Origin: Obrimoposthia wandeli
Taxonomy: Eukaryota
DNA: 64,000 nucleotides
Direction: 5' to 3'
NCBI GenBank assembly: GCA_977020255.1
Contig: CDROCS010000091.1
Span: 124,001 to 188,000 of the forward strand
In this document: positions 60,341 through 64,000 of the stretch, piece by piece
Layout: the number at the start of each line of letters is the position of its first letter
Position numbering within the stretch: the first letter of the stretch is position 1
Position numbers and translations under genes: made by a program
Notes under the pieces: model-generated
Databases searched by the model: none
Told to the model about the DNA's origin: nothing
Seen by the model: the letters and a program-made list of their open reading frames with translations, nothing else

Positions 60341-63019
60341 TTCAATACCAAAGATTGCTAGCGATAGAAGCATTAAGTTGTCTAATGCCAAATAACAGGA
60401 GCACAGGAGACTAGGCTCTAACCACGGGAAATAGCTCCTGGTTCAACAGAAATCACAACTACACCATACAGTACCCATACTGGCACTGATAGTGCTATTA
60501 GTGTTGTTAGGACTAATTGATGTGTGGATCATCCGAAAATATCTTCGATCTATGAGAACCGACAGTAAAGATTTCAGTTTGTAAAGATAGAAAGACCAAA
60601 TGGACCAACGAACAAAGTGCTTGTGTGTATTTAGACACTTAAGAAAGGATCGAGGACAACATAGTAAATGAAGCGATATTTTACCCTAAAACAGAATGAA
60701 TCAATTCCGAATAGATTATGAAGCTGACCGACAGCACACATGACCGAATATCAACAACATTCGCCGGATGCAAGCGGAGAAAACGAAGGTTGTAAAGGAA
60801 ATACAAAAGATGCTGATACAAAAGGACCAACGTATATTCAACGGCGATGTCATCAAAACACGTGAGTATGGAAGTAAGTGATAGTGAAACAATGGAAGGA
60901 CATAAAACATGCTTGTCCGCAAAAATGAATTCGGAAAGTTGACGATACAGGTAAGCCAGTACAGTTGAGATTGGCATCGGACGAAGATGGAATCGAGGAG
61001 ATGTCAAAACAACGACAGACAACAAAACGAACCAATCAAGCAGATATCTCTCAAACGATTGATAATTAAAACCCTTTGCAAAGGTCAGTCAAGGCCCTGT
61101 ACCGTTGCACAAGGATTGATTTATGGAGTAGTAATTAGTTGGTACTACAAGCCATGCCGACCAGTAAAGCTGAAATAGTGACATTATCCGAATATAATCT
61201 ACATTTGAAATCTAGACAACACCCTAGAAATAATCAAGACATCCTACAGTAAAGCTGTAATGATCATGTGTGTAAAGGATGTCCAGGACGGATATGTATA
61301 GTTCCAGCGACCAAAATGAAAACACTTAATAGACATTATGGAATTGATGTTGTCACATGTGAAGACTACACATTTGGACAAACTAAAATAGTACTTCTCA
61401 GTGACATCAGCAAAATGCACACAAAATTTAAAATATTAACCATCAAGGAAGTAAAGGAATACCAGCAGTACGTTATGGTATTCTAGAATTGAATTAATCA
61501 ATACTGGCACTGATCATTGGATTTATAATATTAATACACTCATCTTGTTTTGTTGTACAAAGATAGAGTCGAGATCAAAAGAAACGTCATGATCTCATAA
61601 GACGAACAGTCAAATGAACTTACAAAAATTCAACACAATTATACCAAGACCACCATTTCTAGATGAACCAGCACCAGAGTACCAGCCAACGATATGAACA
61701 TATTGAGGAAAGACCGTACTATATGAGAGTAATTTGACTTGTTCATTGAAGTTCCTGAGTTTGGAATCGAACGATCATAGGAATCATGCTGATCGTACAA
61801 ATCCACCCACCTACCAAGGCTAGATTATGAGATCATGATCAGTAAATGGAGACAAGACGTAATACGGGCAGTATACATACAGAAATTCCCTACTAAAAAC
61901 AAATCACGTGTAGACATTTCATCTACAGACGTCAGCAACTGACAATATCGATCAGAAATTGCTATGTCATCCGACAAGGTCAGAATAAAATCGACCAAAA
62001 TACGCGATTACAATTTAATATTATTGTGACATCATGAAAGAGTGTGCCTACGGATAACAATATCAAAGGAAGCGGATTATCAAAGTATCCGAACAAAGTC
62101 ATTAATATTGCCCTAGAGATGAGCGCATCTGGAAAGAGTGTCGACAGGATTATGATCACAGGTAGACGACGTAAAGCCGTATAGATTCCGTTAGGATATT
62201 TTTCAGATTGCTAGAAACCGACAGCGTGACAGTAATGTGTCCCAGCAGATGGCGGAATCAGATTCGAAATCAAAGCCAAATGTTGAGAACACCACATTTT
62301 AACACAGAATGTCTGTGTAATCAGATTGCCAATAATTCTACAGAGACCTCGATATAATCATGATAATAACAGGTGAAATATTCTACATAACTCTAAGATA
62401 CCAGAACCGTCGATTTCGTAGATACAGTATAAGTATCAAACCCAGAAAAATCATTCCCAAAGACCAATCTGTGAAAGAAGGCAAAAGTAAGCGAAAGTAG
62501 AAACGACATTCGAAACCGACAGTGAAAAGTAAAGAAACAAAGGAACCAAACGAAGAAAAAGGTCAATTCCAGAACCAAAGTACAATTATTAAGAGGACAA
62601 GGTAGAGAACGATCCACTAGATCCCAAACATCATTTCCAATCCAAAATAATAATACCTGTTCCATCAGAAACAAAACACCCCATCCCGAATTTTTAGAAA
62701 ATCGGACATAATACATGAAACCGGTAAAACCCATGGAAATGTCATTCGAACCAACAAACATAGGAAATGAAGTATGATTATAAAGCATCAGACAGCGGAA
62801 TAACAGCGGTCAATGCCCTAGTGGAATAGCCGTAGTGTCAACAGCAGTGTAGTTCTATTGACAATCGTGTGCGTAAAAGGCAATCAAGTATGCCCAGAAT
62901 ACGACGAAAATGCGAAAGATTGCGATGCTGTGACACACCCATCATGGAGAGTAGAATTGCGACCCTTACCTCCGCCTCCATCAAGATATGATAAGGTCAG
63001 AGGGGGTTGTAGATAAATT

Positions 63020-63280
63020 AGTGTGTGAAATATGTAAGAAATATCTAGAAGTGATTGTACAAATAGTAGAAATATATAAAACTCATGTAGAAATTAATCA
63101 TCATCATGTATTTAGAATGTCGAAAGAGATACTTATGTTTGAAGATCTAACCGAACGAAGAACAAGACCCGAAACCTGCAACCATTTACACCACGAGGAA
63201 TGTTTATCGACATGGATCCAGAACTTATGAACAGTTCAGGACATTCAACATACTTGTTGCCCTGTCTGAAGACAGAATTC
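63020..63280 (+). pseudogene. RING-H2-like finger remnant
   Basis: CEIC...CNHLHHEECLSTWIQ...CCPV*RQ, with in-frame stops. Confidence 0.5.
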
Positions 63281-63448
63281 ATAAGATTCATCATGTTAGA
63301 ACCAACCAAGAGGATGTATTCTGTTTGGAGAATTTAGGAGAATCTTGGTGTTATTACTGTTTGTCAGATCGGCAAAATCAGACCACTTTTGTAAACATCA
63401 CACAACCACCAGTCCTCAATCAACCCAAATTTAGCATCAACCCTCGTA

Positions 63449-63620
63449 ATGTCACGGAAATGTTCCATCTGCTACGAAAAGGAGCATCGTGGACTTCTAC
63501 CAAGCCCAACAACTGCGACCACCTCTTCCGTCAGATGCCTCGAGACGTGGATCCCCATTGCCAACAGCAACAGCCCCTCGACTTCCCAACCTGCCCGATG
63601 TGCAGGCAACCTTCTCAGTA
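63449..63620 (+). pseudogene. RING-HC finger (frameshifted)
   Basis: CSICYEKEHRGLLPS/PNNCDHLF/VRCLETW/FPTCPMCRQ across alternating frames. Confidence 0.65.
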
Positions 63621-64000
63621 CACTACGTGTACAACCGAGACAGCTTTCAGGCAGTGGTACCCGTATACACTGCTGGAAAACCATCTGCGATTGCTGGTGC
63701 TCGTTCTGCGTGGAGGAGCAGCACAAGGCCGGCCCAATTCCCAACAATAATCGAAGGTAACTTTCTGACTTGGGCAATGACATCATGAACTACCCTGTGT
63801 CGCATCACTTGATAAATTCGCTACCATAATTGCTTAATCACTATTATATAATCTTGTGAACTGTAAATTGACCATTACCATTTTTATGTATGATGTTTAA
63901 CTGAAATTGTAATTATTATACACAATTTCTAAAAGACAATTTTTTATGCTTAGTGTGAATGCGTAAACATTGCCTAAATCAGAAACAAAACTCAGTAGGA

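Larger units (their letters stand above)
43200..64000 (+). mobile_element. Giant Ty3/Gypsy LTR retroelement with env and cargo genes; 3' end beyond the window
   Basis: LTR-like region ending ...CCCCAACA at 45480, PBS, gag, and PR-RT-RH-IN order; no second LTR copy up to 64000. The left boundary is approximate (43.1-43.6 kb). Confidence 0.92.

Overview
AT-rich eukaryotic (animal-like) genomic DNA with one 144-nt N gap at 2950-3093; the species cannot be determined from the sequence. (1) Host gene: ten minus-strand exons (42916 down to 2794) splice in frame through GT-AG junctions into the C-terminal 420 aa of a SEL1L3-like protein with SEL1 repeats and a transmembrane tail. Its 5' exons lie beyond the window. 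(2) The 17.5-kb intron of that gene holds two decayed, head-to-head Polinton/Maverick (adintovirus-like) copies. Together they show pPolB, major and minor capsid, integrase, packaging ATPase and core proteins. Each begins with a TATA-binding-protein-like gene, and one of these genes carries an apparent 35-nt intron. (3) Other introns contain hAT, Tc1/mariner and non-LTR remnants and several satellites. (4) From about 43.2 kb to past the window end lies a giant (>20 kb) Ty3/Gypsy element, antisense to the host gene. It has a repeat-rich LTR and an elongator-tRNA-Met PBS. What appears to be one polyprotein runs Gag/Zn-knuckle, ubiquitin-like, Bcl-2-like, signal peptide plus chuvirus-like fusion glycoprotein, protease 1, BIR(-BIR)-RING (IAP), protease 2, RT, RNase H, integrase. 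Dual-specificity phosphatase and RING cargo follow. This env-before-pol element carrying two anti-apoptotic module types is the most striking system here. All family assignments come from motif recognition by eye, with no database searches.
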